Assembly (NCBI GenBank): GCA_012295275.1 | Contig: CM022665.1 | Coordinates: forward strand, 42,532,001 to 42,596,000 | Origin: Chrysomallon squamiferum | Taxonomy: Eukaryota > Animalia > Mollusca | Direction: 5' to 3' | Length of the DNA stretch: 64,000 bases | In this document: in pieces, positions 14,011 to 26,787 of the stretch | Position numbering within the stretch: the stretch's first letter is position 1 | Layout: each line of letters starts with the position of its first letter | The notes under the pieces: model-generated | Seen by the model: only the letters and a program-made list of their open reading frames with translations | What the model was told of the DNA's origin: nothing | The model's database searches: none | Position numbers and translations under genes: made by a program

Positions 14011-17000
14011 GGTGGAAATGCTAACAAAAACAATAAAGGCTTTATTCTTTTCAGCACAGCAAACTGCAGCAGTGTTGTTTAATAAACATCTCATCTGCTG
14101 GAAGCAGAGAATATTTTCCTTGAATCCATGAAGGTTTTATCACAGAAATATTCAAATATCCCACAGATTGTATAGAAGATGTAAAGTTCAGTTTTTACAA
14201 GGTGTTCTGTTTGTGTAACCTGCATTGATTGTTCCATTAGCCACAGCATCCACAATATTAACACAATTAACCTTCTTGTTGATACAGTGTCACCTCATCT
14301 TGAAAGCTAAAGGCAACATTTGTTTTAAAGATATGCTTAAGTTATTTTACTGTTTTAAACAAAGACTACGGAAGCTAACTTCCTGGGCCAAAATATTAAG
14401 TGGAGCATTTCCTTTCCAATGTGACCGAAAATTATTTTCATAAAAATGAAACCAAGTAATTATTATCTGTAATTACAATTTATTATAATCATTAAATGGT
14501 TTCCTGTAATCTTAATAGTATCTGCAACTGAAGCTGTATTAATTACACAAATTTCATAAACATGAATATTGTCAAGATTATTCCAGTATAAAATTATTTA
14601 GATATAAATTATTAATATTTGTTTAAAAGTATTGTGATACAATATACTCCTTCAACATTATAAAGTAAAATTTGAGTACATCTCAAATGTTATTATCAAA
14701 AATGCAAGGGCAAAGTAAATGTATTATTTTATTTTTAACTTAAATCCCTAATATGACTGTAAACAAATTTTTCAGATGTAGTTTTCAAACTGTATTATAC
14801 TGTAAGTCTGGTTTCATTAAAATCTAGATTTGTGACTTGGTATGTCAACATTTAATATCAAAACTAGCAGTATTTGTCTTTACAATGTTAAGTAAATATT
14901 CTTTGTAAAGTCAAGATATAGTATTAATCTTTATCAGAAGAACTATCAGTTGAATTTACATTTACTTTTCTGCATATAAAATTTTGTACTTGATCAGGTG
15001 ACTGAAAGACCGAAAGATCAATGTCCATATTTGGCGTCCAGTTGAGCAAAGCAATCTTCTTCTCAAAGTGTCAGGATTCAAGGATCAATAAAAATGTTAC
15101 CAGCTTCTTGCTTTTCTAAGAGGTTTCTCTTAGGTTTGAATTTTTAAAATGCACATACATTTTAAAAAGCAAAAATATCCAGATAGACATCGTTTTCTTA
15201 AGCTTTTTCTCCTTAAAAGCAACTTTTTCAGAAATGTCAAAACATTATGTAATGGAAAGACTGTTGATTTACTTCAGACTAGAATTTTGGACACTTTATT
15301 CATTTTGTATATAAAATAAAAAGCTTTTTTTCTCTGCTGTGTATAAATATATTTAAAAAGTGGTTCTATACAGTTCTGGAAGCTGAAGTACTTTAGCACT
15401 GCTTCAAAAGAAACTGTTTATTTGATTATTGTTTTTGTTTTGTTTGTTGTTGTTTTGTGTGGGGTATTTTTGGGAAGGATATTTATTGATGTTGCTGTTG
15501 ATATGCAGTAAGCTAGTTGGACATTTAAAACTATCAGAACATTTCATATTTTCTCCTACTGGAATGCAAAAAATCAAAAACAACCATTTCAGTAAAAATA
15601 TTTTATCTGTTTGTAATAACTGCTGAGTAATATTTCTAATTTGTATGTACGAAGAACAATATAAACACATCATTCAATTTTTTCAACTTTATTCCTTAGA
15701 AAACAATCTAACGGAATTTTAAACTGAAACAACACTTTGTTTTCTTTTTTCTCCCTATATTTAATACAGTAACACTAGCCTACAGTAAACAAAGCTTATC
15801 TGAAACTGGCATTCAGACACAGGAATGCAGTTAACTGCTTCCAAACATCCAGTGTTTTTGTTTTTTTTATGACCCAGCTGAATATTATCAACACTCCTGA
15901 GGTCAAACTATTCCCACAACAATTAATTCAGACTGTCCCTACAGAGAGATATTACAATAAATTGTCGCTCTCTCTCTCTTACACATTTTTCTCATTCTCC
16001 CTGGTCTGTATCATTGTATTTTACCAGCCAGGCTTACTTTCTGTTCAATAAGGACCATCTGTTGCAGCTAGCTGCATATAAATTTAAATATTTTCACTAA
16101 ACCATGTTTAGAAGTACGTATAAATATAACGACAAGGTCTAAAGATAAATAATCGTTTTGTTATTTAAGCAAATGTAAAAAAAAAACACATACAGCTTAA
16201 TAATGCATCATATCTGGCTGGAAGATTGAAAAGGTATGCACAACCTTTATACAGTCAAAGCACCACCTGCTATTTGAGTGATATGCTGTCATCAGGTTTT
16301 CAGCAAAAACACCACTACTAATACACCCAGCACACTAACAGCTCTTCAATAGAGTTAAGTAAACTGGTGCATACAACGGCAACAACTAGAATACAGCAAA
16401 ATGGAACATGCAACAGTCTGTTCTGTGTCACATGGTAAATCAGCAACATATTTAATGGGGAAAAAAATGCATCCATTGCTGTCACATTTAGATTTTTTTT
16501 TATAGTGTGTATTATTACAACAGCTGCAATACATTTCACTTCTATATAGATATTACAGTATTATTAAAGCATGTTATGACTGCAATTAAATGGTAAATGT
16601 ATGGCTTCAAAGTTATTTCATATATCTTAATTTCCTGTGAAAATCAAAGATATAGCTATTTCCAAATTTTTTTAATTTTTTTTTCTTGCTTTTTCCTCCT
16701 GTTTTTTTTTTTGTTTTTTTGTTCTTGCTTTTTCCTCCTGTTTTTTTGTTTTGTTTTTTTGTTCTTGCTTTTTCCTCCTGTTTTTTTGTTTTGTTTTTTT
16801 GTTCTTGCTTTTTCCTCCTATGTCACATAACCTACAAGCGAAACAGGGGAGCGTGGGTGTATCACCTGATTTTTTACTTGCTTAAAACAAATTAATCTGA
16901 GCCCATGAAACTGAACTAAATAACTCTTTTCTTTTTATAATTAAGATTATATTTGACAAATTTAGATGTGCATACACGTCAGTTACTTACTTCCAACATT

Positions 17001-19468
17001 TGGAGAAAAACCTTTGTAACTTGTAGTAACATTTTAATTCACAAACTTTCAATGAAATGACTGTTTTTCTGTAACTGAGATGCCCTAGATATGGGACTAC
17101 TAAAAAAAACAATTCATACAGCACATAAGCAAACAAGCTGAGCTGACTCATCCACTTGTTATGTGGTTGTACTTTATAGTTTGTTCTAGAATTTGTGGCT
17201 TCAAAAACTGAAGATGGACACTAGGATTAACTCAGCAAACTGTACAAATTTAACAATGAAACAATAATCCCAACTAAAAGCGAGCAGTTTAAAAAGTTCC
17301 AAGTCTCCTGGAACAAAAACTATTATAGCTAAAACTAGTTAGCTACAATAAAATAGCAAAAGAACAGATTTTATTTTAAGAGTGTACACTACATTTTTAA
17401 GATTTAATTTTAAAAATAATACTAAAAACAAAAAATGGTGTTTTAAAACCAAATATATTACTTGGTAATATTAGAAATAATGATAAACAGAAAAACAGAA
17501 CCATTTGTTTTCCTGCTGCTTGTTTTAAAACATGTATAAACTATTTTCTCCTTCATTCTTTAAATCTGTTATTTCTTCAATGCCTATTAATTTTGAAAAC
17601 AAGACCACCAAATGGCAATGTCCTTTCAATGTTTGCAAGCAGGCTTGTGTCAATATAAAAATGCTAATAGAATTGTCTTGAGGAAAACACATACATGACC
17701 AGGCACTAATGAAGCTTGGCTATTTATGAGACAATTCGAAAGGCTCACGAATGTTTTGAGCAGACTACAACATGAAGCAAACAGTGGTTTCGAAGTCAGA
17801 AATGTAAAGCCTGGTGGCATGGACGCCAACACCAGTGTTCACCATTAGAAAAATCAATATCTATTATTACCAACCATTAGCAACACACAGATGACATGTT
17901 TCTGTGACTCATGTACAGCATAGCTTGGCAGACATTATTATGTTGTGCCTGCCTGCCTGCCAGTGTCTCACATTTCTGGTGGATGGACTCGAAGGTGTGA
18001 AAAGCATAAATTAGTCACAGCAACGCACAACTTGACAGTGTTGAAAGGAAAAAAAAATATCTTAACAGTTGAATAATGAATGAAAGGACAGCAAAGTCCT
18101 CAAACGCTCGTAACAAAAAGTCTGAATCACTGAACACAGATAAAAAGCAGTTTTGCAACGTGAACCGTATTGTTATATAGGTGTTTATAGGCTAATCGAA
18201 AGAATCACTCGTTATGACTGATAAATACATATTTTAGATAGATTATTGTTAATCGATTCCCACTCCCATTTTTTTCTTTTTATTGTTTCCTATGCTTTAC
18301 AAAATAGTCACTTGAATGAGTTTAAAATAAAATTCAAAACATAACTTTTATTACACTCTTAAATTTCCAATTTTTATCATATTCATTGGTTATGTATCTT
18401 TTGATAAATGCTTGGTTTTGTCGTGAATAAAAATCATTGCCAATTTAAATATATATATTTTCTGCCATTATGAATTTTTGATGGTAAAAAGCTCAACTTT
18501 CACACTCTGTATAGCAATTTTTCTGGAACTATTCAGTTGTTTTCTATGAATTATGTGCTAGAAAAGGAGGTAACACCATGCAAAAATTATGTCACATGAC
18601 TTCAAACCGATGCTTTTTTTATCTCATGATTATTTACAAAATTCAATCAGTTGTTTTACTACAATTTCACATAAATGCATCCTAAAACTGTCATATTGTA
18701 ATTGAAGACAGGTAGTTATTTCATGAAATGTCAGACATGTAGAAAAGATAAGCTTCAACATGCTCGACAGAAGGGAGAGAAAAAAATCAGACACTAATAT
18801 GGACTAATTTTAACTCTGATTACCTCAACTGCATGTTATTTTTTTACTGAATTGTTACTGCTTTTTGCATAGATCTTAGCAAATTTCTAATAGAATCTCA
18901 AGATCTATCAGATGTTTTTCAGTACACTCTTCCATGTGTTATAATTGATAATAAAAAATGTAAGAAAGCAAAGAAAAATTTCATGATACAGAAATGTTTA
19001 CAATTTTGTAAGACCATTTTAAAAACTGTCAAAAAACCCACCTAAATAGAAAAACTTCAAAAACTGTTATAACATACACATGCATTTTAATATCTACCTA
19101 TAAAAACAAGAAATCCAGAAATTTAAACCAAATCTGATAAGAGTTTAAAAAAATAAAAGATTTCCCCATCATGTGTCCCCTTACCTGGAAACCGAACAAA
19201 ACCACAAATGCAGGCTTTTTATGTTAGAAATATCTTATCAAATGTCAGGTTTTTTTTTTTTTTAATGCTTACTTACATTTTATTTTCTTAAACCATTAAC
19301 CCAGAACGTAAGGAAGCCCTAGTCAAGAGTAAGCTAATACTGACCTGCCAAAGCTTTGATTCTTGATCTTTCAAACAGCCTTGACGAATTATTCCCAGCA
19401 TCAAAATCATCTTCAATCTGCTCTGACTCCCAGTGCACCGAGTTTGTTATCTGCACCACGTCGTTCAT
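147..19468 (-). CDS. SPTBN1: Beta-spectrin (conventional, SPTBN1/beta-G type), 5' portion: N-terminus, CH1-CH2 actin-binding domain and first spectrin repeats; gene continues off the left edge
   Basis: Hand-spliced exons 19345-19468, 10793-10944, 10360-10533, 9896-10068, 5972-6087, 5224-5336, 4535-4722, 4203-4385, 3445-3702, 2812-3116, 2259-2503, 1749-1949, 1369-1485, 742-819, 147-311. All GT-AG, phases consistent, 2592 nt. Diagnostic motifs [60 protein letters not shown]. The symbol denotes the closest family, not 1:1 orthology. Confidence 0.97.
742..819 (-). CDS. SPTBN1: Beta-spectrin coding exon 14
   Basis: tgcag|[26 protein letters not shown]|gtaagt. Confidence 0.93.
1369..1485 (-). CDS. 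SPTBN1: Beta-spectrin coding exon 13
   Basis: ttcag|[39 protein letters not shown]|gtaaga. Confidence 0.93.
1749..1949 (-). CDS. SPTBN1: Beta-spectrin coding exon 12
   Basis: ttcag|[12 protein letters not shown]...[13 protein letters not shown]|gtatta. Confidence 0.93.
2259..2503 (-). CDS. SPTBN1: Beta-spectrin coding exon 11
   Basis: tttag|(G)[12 protein letters not shown]...[16 protein letters not shown]|gtatat. Confidence 0.93.
2812..3116 (-). CDS. SPTBN1: Beta-spectrin coding exon 10
   Basis: actag|(R)[15 protein letters not shown]...[22 protein letters not shown]...QELG|gtatgt. Confidence 0.93.
3445..3702 (-). CDS. SPTBN1: Beta-spectrin coding exon 9
   Basis: tccag|(R)[35 protein letters not shown]...DRINA|gtgagt. 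Confidence 0.94.
4203..4385 (-). CDS. SPTBN1: Beta-spectrin coding exon 8
   Basis: ttcag|[23 protein letters not shown]...[14 protein letters not shown]|gtaaaa. Confidence 0.94.
4535..4722 (-). CDS. SPTBN1: Beta-spectrin coding exon 7
   Basis: tttag|[30 protein letters not shown]...YRVVEKPP|gtaagt. Confidence 0.94.
5224..5336 (-). CDS. SPTBN1: Beta-spectrin coding exon 6 (end of CH2)
   Basis: tgcag|[38 protein letters not shown]|gtaaat. Confidence 0.95.
5972..6087 (-). CDS. SPTBN1: Beta-spectrin coding exon 5 (CH2)
   Basis: tgcag|[38 protein letters not shown]|gtaatt. Confidence 0.95.
7603..7616. promoter_or_regulatory. Palindromic X-box (RFX-type binding site) in a spectrin intron
   Basis: Perfect 14-bp palindrome GTTTCCATGGAAAC matching the X-box consensus GTHNYYATRRNAAC; forkhead-type TGTTTAC about 55 bp away. 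Confidence 0.45.
9896..10068 (-). CDS. SPTBN1: Beta-spectrin coding exon 4 (CH1-CH2 linker, CH2)
   Basis: taaag|[57 protein letters not shown]|gtgact. Confidence 0.95.
10360..10533 (-). CDS. SPTBN1: Beta-spectrin coding exon 3 (CH1)
   Basis: ttcag|[20 protein letters not shown]...[14 protein letters not shown]|gtaaga. Confidence 0.96.
10793..10944 (-). CDS. SPTBN1: Beta-spectrin coding exon 2 (CH1)
   Basis: tgtag|[19 protein letters not shown]...[19 protein letters not shown]|gtatgt. Confidence 0.96.
11838..11918. repeat. AT-rich tandem repeat, about 31-bp unit, about 2.5 copies
   Basis: tatttaacagattttttttattttaattttt repeated. Confidence 0.8.
12960..12996. repeat. (AT)n microsatellite
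   Basis: Pure AT dinucleotide run. Confidence 0.9.
13821..13884 (-). CDS. SPTBN1: Probable alternative first coding exon of beta-spectrin (short N-terminus)
   Basis: acaATGG strong start context with an upstream in-frame TAA; 64 nt encoding [21 protein letters not shown] plus G; phase-1 donor CAG|gtgaaa compatible with exon 10793-10944, giving GKIRQLSDERE, parallel to SRIKALADERE. Confidence 0.7.
16683..16818. repeat. Tandem repeat, about 40-bp unit, about 3.4 copies
   Basis: ttcttgctttttcctcctgtttttttgttttgtttttttg repeated; explains two spurious Phe/Leu-rich ORFs. Confidence 0.9.
19345..19468 (-). CDS. SPTBN1: Beta-spectrin first coding exon (exon spans 19345-19498 including 30 nt of 5'UTR)
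   Basis: tttctgcag acceptor at 19499-19500; gccATG; [41 protein letters not shown]; donor G|gtcagt. Confidence 0.95.
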
Positions 19469-22400
19469 GGCTGCAGTTTATCACACTGCACGGCGATCCT
19501 GCAGAAAAACAAATTATAGGTAAATCCATTAAATACTGATTTGTTCTGTGCAGACAACACAATGTGCAGTGACCTTAATTTTTATAGAGGCAGTGTATCA
19601 CGTTATGTATAAATATCAATAAAAAAAAAGATTGCAGTGACCCTTCTTTTAAGTATTATCTGTCTATTTTACACACACACACACACACTTAAATAAGAGA
19701 TGCTGCAATATTTATTTACTGGTATGCATATGCAAGCTTGTGGATAGGCTGAAGAAAAATGAAAAAAATGAAAAGCTGGCTAATATCAAAGCTAATATCA
19801 AACTTATTCTCAAAATCTATTTCAATGAACACAAAAGCACTACTTTTATTGGGGATTCTCTTTTCTCACCCCCTCGCATACAGACATGTTTAATTCATAC
19901 TGTTGAAAGATGCAAAGAAAACATTAGCAATGTTTTTATCTAGAATCAGAAGCTGCAAAACAGGTTTTCTTAACTTTCTGTAATAACCCAGTAGGCATGA
20001 CAATAACTGAACACAAAACTTTCTAATGGTTAAATGTATAAACTAAATAAAAGCACAAATGCTTACTCAAACCCTGGATTATACAATTTTTTTTTTCTTT
20101 TTTTTTTCTCAGGATGTTCTATTAAATAGTCAGATGCATTCAATTTCACTGTAATTTATTGCCTTTTTGGTGCACCAGGTTCAAAACAGTTTGCTAAATG
20201 ACAAAAACAGCATATGCAATGGCAATAAAAAAAAAAAATACATCAACAAACAAGCTGATAAAATGCTAGATTTTTTACACACTTTCTTTTTCTCCATCTG
20301 TGTGTAAAATTGTGGGGGGGGGTTGTTGTTTGGTTTTCATGTCTCAAATAACTTCAATTTCACTTTACATTGTAGCTAATTAAGTTGAACAAATTGTTTA
20401 GGATATTTTAAAAGACATTATGATCAATTTTAGTTACTGTTTTGACTGGATCCTAGTATCTGAAGTGCTGTTTACTTTTTATTCTGGCATGTAATACTTC
20501 TTGTAACTGTAATAACAATTAAATCATTAGTTCATGAATTATTGTTAAAAGAAGCATGTGACAGCAGCTTATCTTGTATGCTTATTTAGTATGTTTATAG
20601 CTTCTGAACTACATCCGATCAACATGCATATTGATTTGCAATTTATCTATATTTAACAAGTTTGCTTAACAACTTATTATCTAATGAGGACCAATGTATT
20701 TGCATGCTGAATTAATCCGTTGACTGAAAATGTGTAAAAATATATATATTTTATGAGATCTTGGTGTCTGATAGACTAGACAGCATTTACACCTTGCCAT
20801 AAGCATAATATAATTGTGGGAGTAGGCTATCGGTTGCCACCCGTTAAACAGATATAATCAGAAGTATATCTGTCTGAACAGTGTCATAGTTTACACTTCT
20901 AAAGCAGAGATAATTTACTGCCAGATTAGGGAGTTTTATCTTCAAGGTTGGTTTCAGGTCAGTCATGGTTTAAAATGAGATAAATTGACTGTCAAAAGAA
21001 ATTAAAGATAATACATATTGCAGTTAGTGCTGTTCTTTACATCTTCACTACATGATATATAAAAATATTTATCTTTATTTAAGTGACCTTGATATGTTGA
21101 CAAATGTACTTAAAATGACTTACTGTGCTTTAAAACCTTACAAATACTTTATATAAAGATACTATGTTATAGTCAGACACATAATTTTTATAGAATTAAA
21201 TATTCTGTCAACTGTGTCAGGTTCCAATAAAAAGTATAATCTTTTTCTGAGTTATGCATTAATAATGCAGTTGTTCTTTTAAGTAAATACTAGGAAAATA
21301 ATAAATACCAGGATTTATTGAAAACAGTAATTACAATCAATCATAATGTCTTAGAAGACAAGGCTGTCCTTAGCAGGTTATGTTTCTGTCAATTAATCAC
21401 AATACAATTTTACATATTTTATTTTAATAGACTTTGAATTCCAGCATTCATGAAAACCTTTATTCATTTTGGAAAGCTTAAACCATACTTTAGATAAGTA
21501 GCACTGTTATATCAGAACAGATACGGATTTTATGTTTAGAAAAGGTACATATATTACCAGATATGTGTGCATACTCATTTATATTGCAAATCAAATTTAT
21601 CTAGACTAACTGCAAGTATAATAATTACCCTTCCAAATTCTAACCTCTCTCTGTGTGTGTGTGTGTGTGTGTATAAATATATATATATTCAACATCTGAA
21701 TTTTTATACTCAATCTACCATATATCTTTGATGACCTGATACAAATGCATGCCAATACTGTAAGATTACTACATCTGTAGATATAAGCTGCAGGCACAGA
21801 TAAGCAAGTGTACTCTAGTCATTTCAAATTACAGAGCAGATTAGATGCATTTGAAGAAAACAATTTTGATGTTGCCTTCATGCAAAAAACAGACTGAGTT
21901 GAGGCATTTTCTGTACTTCATTAAAAACAAACCAGTAGAAATGTTCTTTTATTAAAAGCAGTATTTGTAGATATGAATTAAATGTGAATTTGCTTTTAAA
22001 CAATCAGTATTTTTTTCTTCAAGGAAAATGTATAGCTCTCTGTATAACAAAGCTCATTATGATGATTATTAATGTTTGACAGGAAAAAAGCCTATTTTTC
22101 TGATTTATACAGAAACAGAATATTATACTGAGTATGTAACATTAGAAACAACATTATCTGGTGTCACTGTACAGTTAGGAAGCTGACCACAGCAACCCTG
22201 AAAAGAAATCAATAGCCTCACTGATTATACACTGGGAGAGCTCTGCAAATATTCAGTAGCCAGACTTCATTCTAAATAATTATGGAAAGACTAAAATTGC
22301 TACTGACCAAATTGAAAGCAAAGGACAGTTTTAATTTTAAACCCCATCCTCTGTTATCTTTTTAAAGTAAGCCTTATAATATAAACCTTACATATCAACA

Positions 22401-24329
22401 ATCATTTGTATTCAAATGGATTATAATATTTTGCAGATCTCTGCCAGGGTTTGCACACTCTGTGTTAATGTTTTGATAAATTAAAAGAATAAAAAGCACC
22501 AAAACAACCTGCTACAGCTAAACACTGTGCATACATTTTTTTTTTTTTTTTCTCTAGAAAAGGATTTAGAAAGGTAAAATTCTTAGGTACCATTAATGTT
22601 AATGTACATCCAAAATACATTATATGGGTAACATGTAGACCTGAATAATAACCAGTTTAACTGATATAATTGATTGATTTTCAAATTTAATAAAATAAAA
22701 CAAATTCACTGTATAATTAATTAGCCTTAAACATTTACTCATGCTAGTGATGTGAAAAAAAGCACAAAACTTCTAATAAAGGTAATTTGTATACTTGACC
22801 AGTTTAAGTAAGATTTTTAAAAAAGAAGAAGGAAAAAAAGCATGTTCTGCAGCCACCCAAAGAAAGCGAGAACATCTATTCACAGCCATCAGGTCAGTGT
22901 ATCATAAACTCTAGAAACATTCCAAGCACAGTACACTCAGGTCAATCAATAAGTGAGTTGAATTATATTGCTCCAAATCAAGAAAAACTCAAACAACTAC
23001 TGAATAGCTGTAATGATTTCTTAAGGTTATCGGCTGCTGACCTTACAGCAGCAACTAAAAATAGTTTTCTAGACCAAAAGCCTGGACAAAAATTACCTAT
23101 GCCAATTCCAACTAAATGTGTTTATGATTTAGTCAGTAATTAACTGAAAACAAGATCGCATGCATAGAAATTTGCACTTACATTTTAATATGCAGATATC
23201 ACCAAACATGGTTAAGAGGTTTATAATTTTTAAAATCAGTACTGATTTGTTCTTTAAATATTCAGTTCACAAATACTGCGTTAAACAAATTTTTTATGAA
23301 AATAAAACACAACTTGGTCAATTTAATAAATGGAAAGAAAAAAAATGTAAAAATTTTAATTGTTTATATTTGTGTTGGCACCATGTGTTGTTGTTTTTTT
23401 GTTAAATAAAAAAATGTACACTGGCTAAAGTCAATATTTATTGTATTAACAAAGCATTTATAAATATTATTCTAAGTGTTCAAGTATATATTTTTTTACA
23501 AGTATGATTATAATATATGTTTATTATACATGGCAGTTATTCAACATTTAGAAGAGCAAAATACTCCAGCTCAACAAATCAATACAAAAATATTGATCAC
23601 AGATACTGCTTTTAGTAACAATTATACATAGCTGTCTGGACTTAAAACAGCATCATACCACTGGGCTTGTCCAGGAACTAAGCAACAGATGGGGTGCTAT
23701 CTATAAAGCAAGTCAGGTGAAATTTGTTACAGTCAAATAAATACTTTGCATTATTCTCTACAATATGAATAGTAATGCAGATGTAAATAATGTTCCACCT
23801 AACTTATAATCCACAGCTGCATTTATAAATATATGACAAATAAATAATACTGTTAAAATATTCTTACACAAAGGATAAAATCTCTTTTTTCATTTAACTT
23901 AAGACAAAATTAAAATAATAACTGGGTGTAATTATTTGCAATCCAAAAGGTCCATGTTTATGTTACATCAGTTCTTGTTAATTTGAACATATTACTAATA
24001 TTTAAGCATCATTTTAACTAACATTTCATATGGATTAATTCATTTACTGAATCCCACTCAATTAATCTATAATATTAAAAAAAGAGGTAACTATCAGATA
24101 AACCTGACAGGACCGGTCCCTCCCTTGCAGTGCTGGATGTCAGTATCTATGTAAAACAGAACCTGCACAGACTAAGATACACAAATAAGTTTGTTTTGTT
24201 GATATTTTTTTTCTTCTAAAATGTAAAGCTTATGATAAAAATCCTGAACAAACATGCAGTTATACTACAAACAAACTTTTTACTTAGTCTTCTCCTCTTT
24301 TTTTTTACATCTTGCAAGGTTTCTCACTA

Positions 24330-24369
<40 letters not shown>

Positions 24370-24975
24370 TGCGTTTTTTTTTTTTTTTTTTTTTTTATGG
24401 TAGACACACATATTAATATATTTTACTGTTGTTTTATATTATTATTATTATTATTATTATAAACTGAAAGTCTAGATTTTGTAAATATACAAATTCAAAA
24501 ATAAATATTAAACAGAAATGTGGGTGGGGTTGTAATTATTTTTTTTATCAACAAGTACGAAAGGTCATTCTTACAAAATGTCGTATACAAAATAACTAGA
24601 TGGTCATAACATTGCAGAATTATGTAATAATTAAGTTACTGTGCAGGAAGAAAATGAGTCATTTTCCACCTATCTCAAGGTCATCTGCATGCACTGATCT
24701 TTCAAAATTGCTCAACTTTAAAGGAAACCCGGAAATTTAGTTACGTCAAACTTTGATACTATTAACAATGAAAATCAGTAAATAATAAACGTAATGAAAC
24801 CAACAAGCAGGCTGCAAGAAAATTTAGCACAGTGATCCCACAGTAAGATCCAAATGAATCATCAAAGCCGTATCAGAATTCATCACAAATAGTAAACCGC
24901 CATGTTGCTTCACATAACGGAACTGCATCAGGTTGCAGATCTGTTGTCTGATGCGTTTAAAAACCATTTGCCTAC

Positions 24976-25140
24976 CTGTGCAGTTGGATCGTACAGTTAA
25001 TCCCAGGTAATCCTAATGCTGCCGCCAATTATGTATGCTCCGTAATATTTCACCTAAAATTGTTTGACTAAAACCGGCATAAACCACTACCGAAGACTGC
25101 AGGCACCCGACGCTAGCCGAATCACAAACCCATTGAAATG
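24976..25140 (-). promoter_or_regulatory. Probable promoter and non-coding first exon of beta-spectrin
   Basis: Donor CAG|gtaggc at 24976/24975 in a CpG-rich, GC-elevated patch at the edge of the CpG-depleted gene body. The ATG exon begins with an acceptor, so an upstream exon is required. TSS position is a guess. Confidence 0.55.
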
Positions 25141-25459
25141 TACATGCGCAACTCAGATACTATTTTCTACAAAATAGTCGTGTAAGATAAAGATCACCGA
25201 GAGAATCGTTGCTGCTCTTAATCGAGAAGCAATACATGCTTTTTGACATTTTAAAATTATTATTTATTTATTTTTAATACTTAGGGTTTTCATACAGAAA
25301 CAATGATGTAATTTTTTTTCTTTATTATATCTTATGATCTATCTGATTCACGTAAGGCTGTGAATTTTATAAGTTCATGTTGAATCAAACTGTCAAGCAG
25401 ACTGAGAAAAAAAGCACTTTTTATTTTTAATAAAGATTCATATATAGATCTAAATATAT

Positions 25460-25463
<4 letters not shown>

Positions 25464-25525
<62 letters not shown>
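25464..25525. repeat. (AG)n microsatellite
   Basis: Pure AG run. Confidence 0.95.
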
Positions 25526-25527
<2 letters not shown>

Positions 25528-25922
25528 ATTAGTATATCAAGAAAAAATACTGTGCATGCTAAGGGCTGGGCATAGGAGATTATGAAGTTATAAATCTGTT
25601 AATGTATTTCATTTGTTTTCTGCATAATTAAAAAAATTAGCATATTATATTGTGTATTGTGCTTATATATAAGCTGATATCATTCTGAGTAATTTCAGCC
25701 AGTTTCAAAGTTGCTGCGTTTCTTTGAAATTCATATATACATGTGTGGTGTGTGCCTGTATATATTAATTTAGAAGTTTTAATTAAAATAAATTTAATAG
25801 AAAATACAAACGTATATAGTTGTAAGAAGTTAAAATTAAAACATTTTTATTTCCTAATTAAATCTGGATACCGTTTCATTGTAATCAAATATATCTTGGT
25901 AACTATTTAAAGATCAGACAAA

Positions 25923-25925
<3 letters not shown>

Positions 25926-25970
<45 letters not shown>
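25926..25970. repeat. (AC)n microsatellite
   Basis: Pure AC run. Confidence 0.95.
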
Positions 25971-25971
<1 letters not shown>

Positions 25972-26748
25972 CAATTAGTTTCAGTATCTTCCCTACCTCA
26001 TCCAGTTCGACAAAATTAAAATAAAACAAATAAATAATTTTTATGTCAATGTTATTGCATTTTATGCTATGTAAGTTAAAATAAAATGCATAGAAAAAAG
26101 GATCGTAGATTTATCCTGCTTTACACTGCTTAAAAGAAGATAATCAGTTATTTAGAAAGTAGTATCCTTTAACATTATAGCTTTTCTCGCACCTGCAAGA
26201 ATAATATAGCACTTACTGATAATTCACAGAATAAACAGAAACTGTATTAATATATAAATTGGTGCTATGATCGAGGAAGTTATATTATACAAATGTTTTG
26301 GAAACGCTAATGCGATTAATAAAGCAATGTGAAATAATTTATCGATTGCGAATGAATACAAAGGTGATGTCATTACGTTATGGAACTGATCATCGGCCCG
26401 AGTACAGTTATGCGATAAGCGAGTGCAACAATTGTTTATTGTGCTGATTAAAAATATTTGCGTTTAATGGCGTTTTTGTTTTATTTTTATATTTTATAAT
26501 TCACAAAACAGTAAGCATTTCTATTTGTTAACTGATGTATACGGAAAACGATGCACGTGCATCTCAAATGGTTAATTTAATGAGCTCGATCGCATATAAT
26601 TAGACATAAACAACTGTGCATTCCAAAGAAGACGACTGTGCATGTGTGTGTGCGCGTTTCTATTACTGTTTCGTTTCACACTCTATAAAAATATATATGC
26701 TCTGAAAAATCTAAATGAATTTGTTGTAGCGAGATATATGTAAAACTT

Positions 26749-26787
<39 letters not shown>

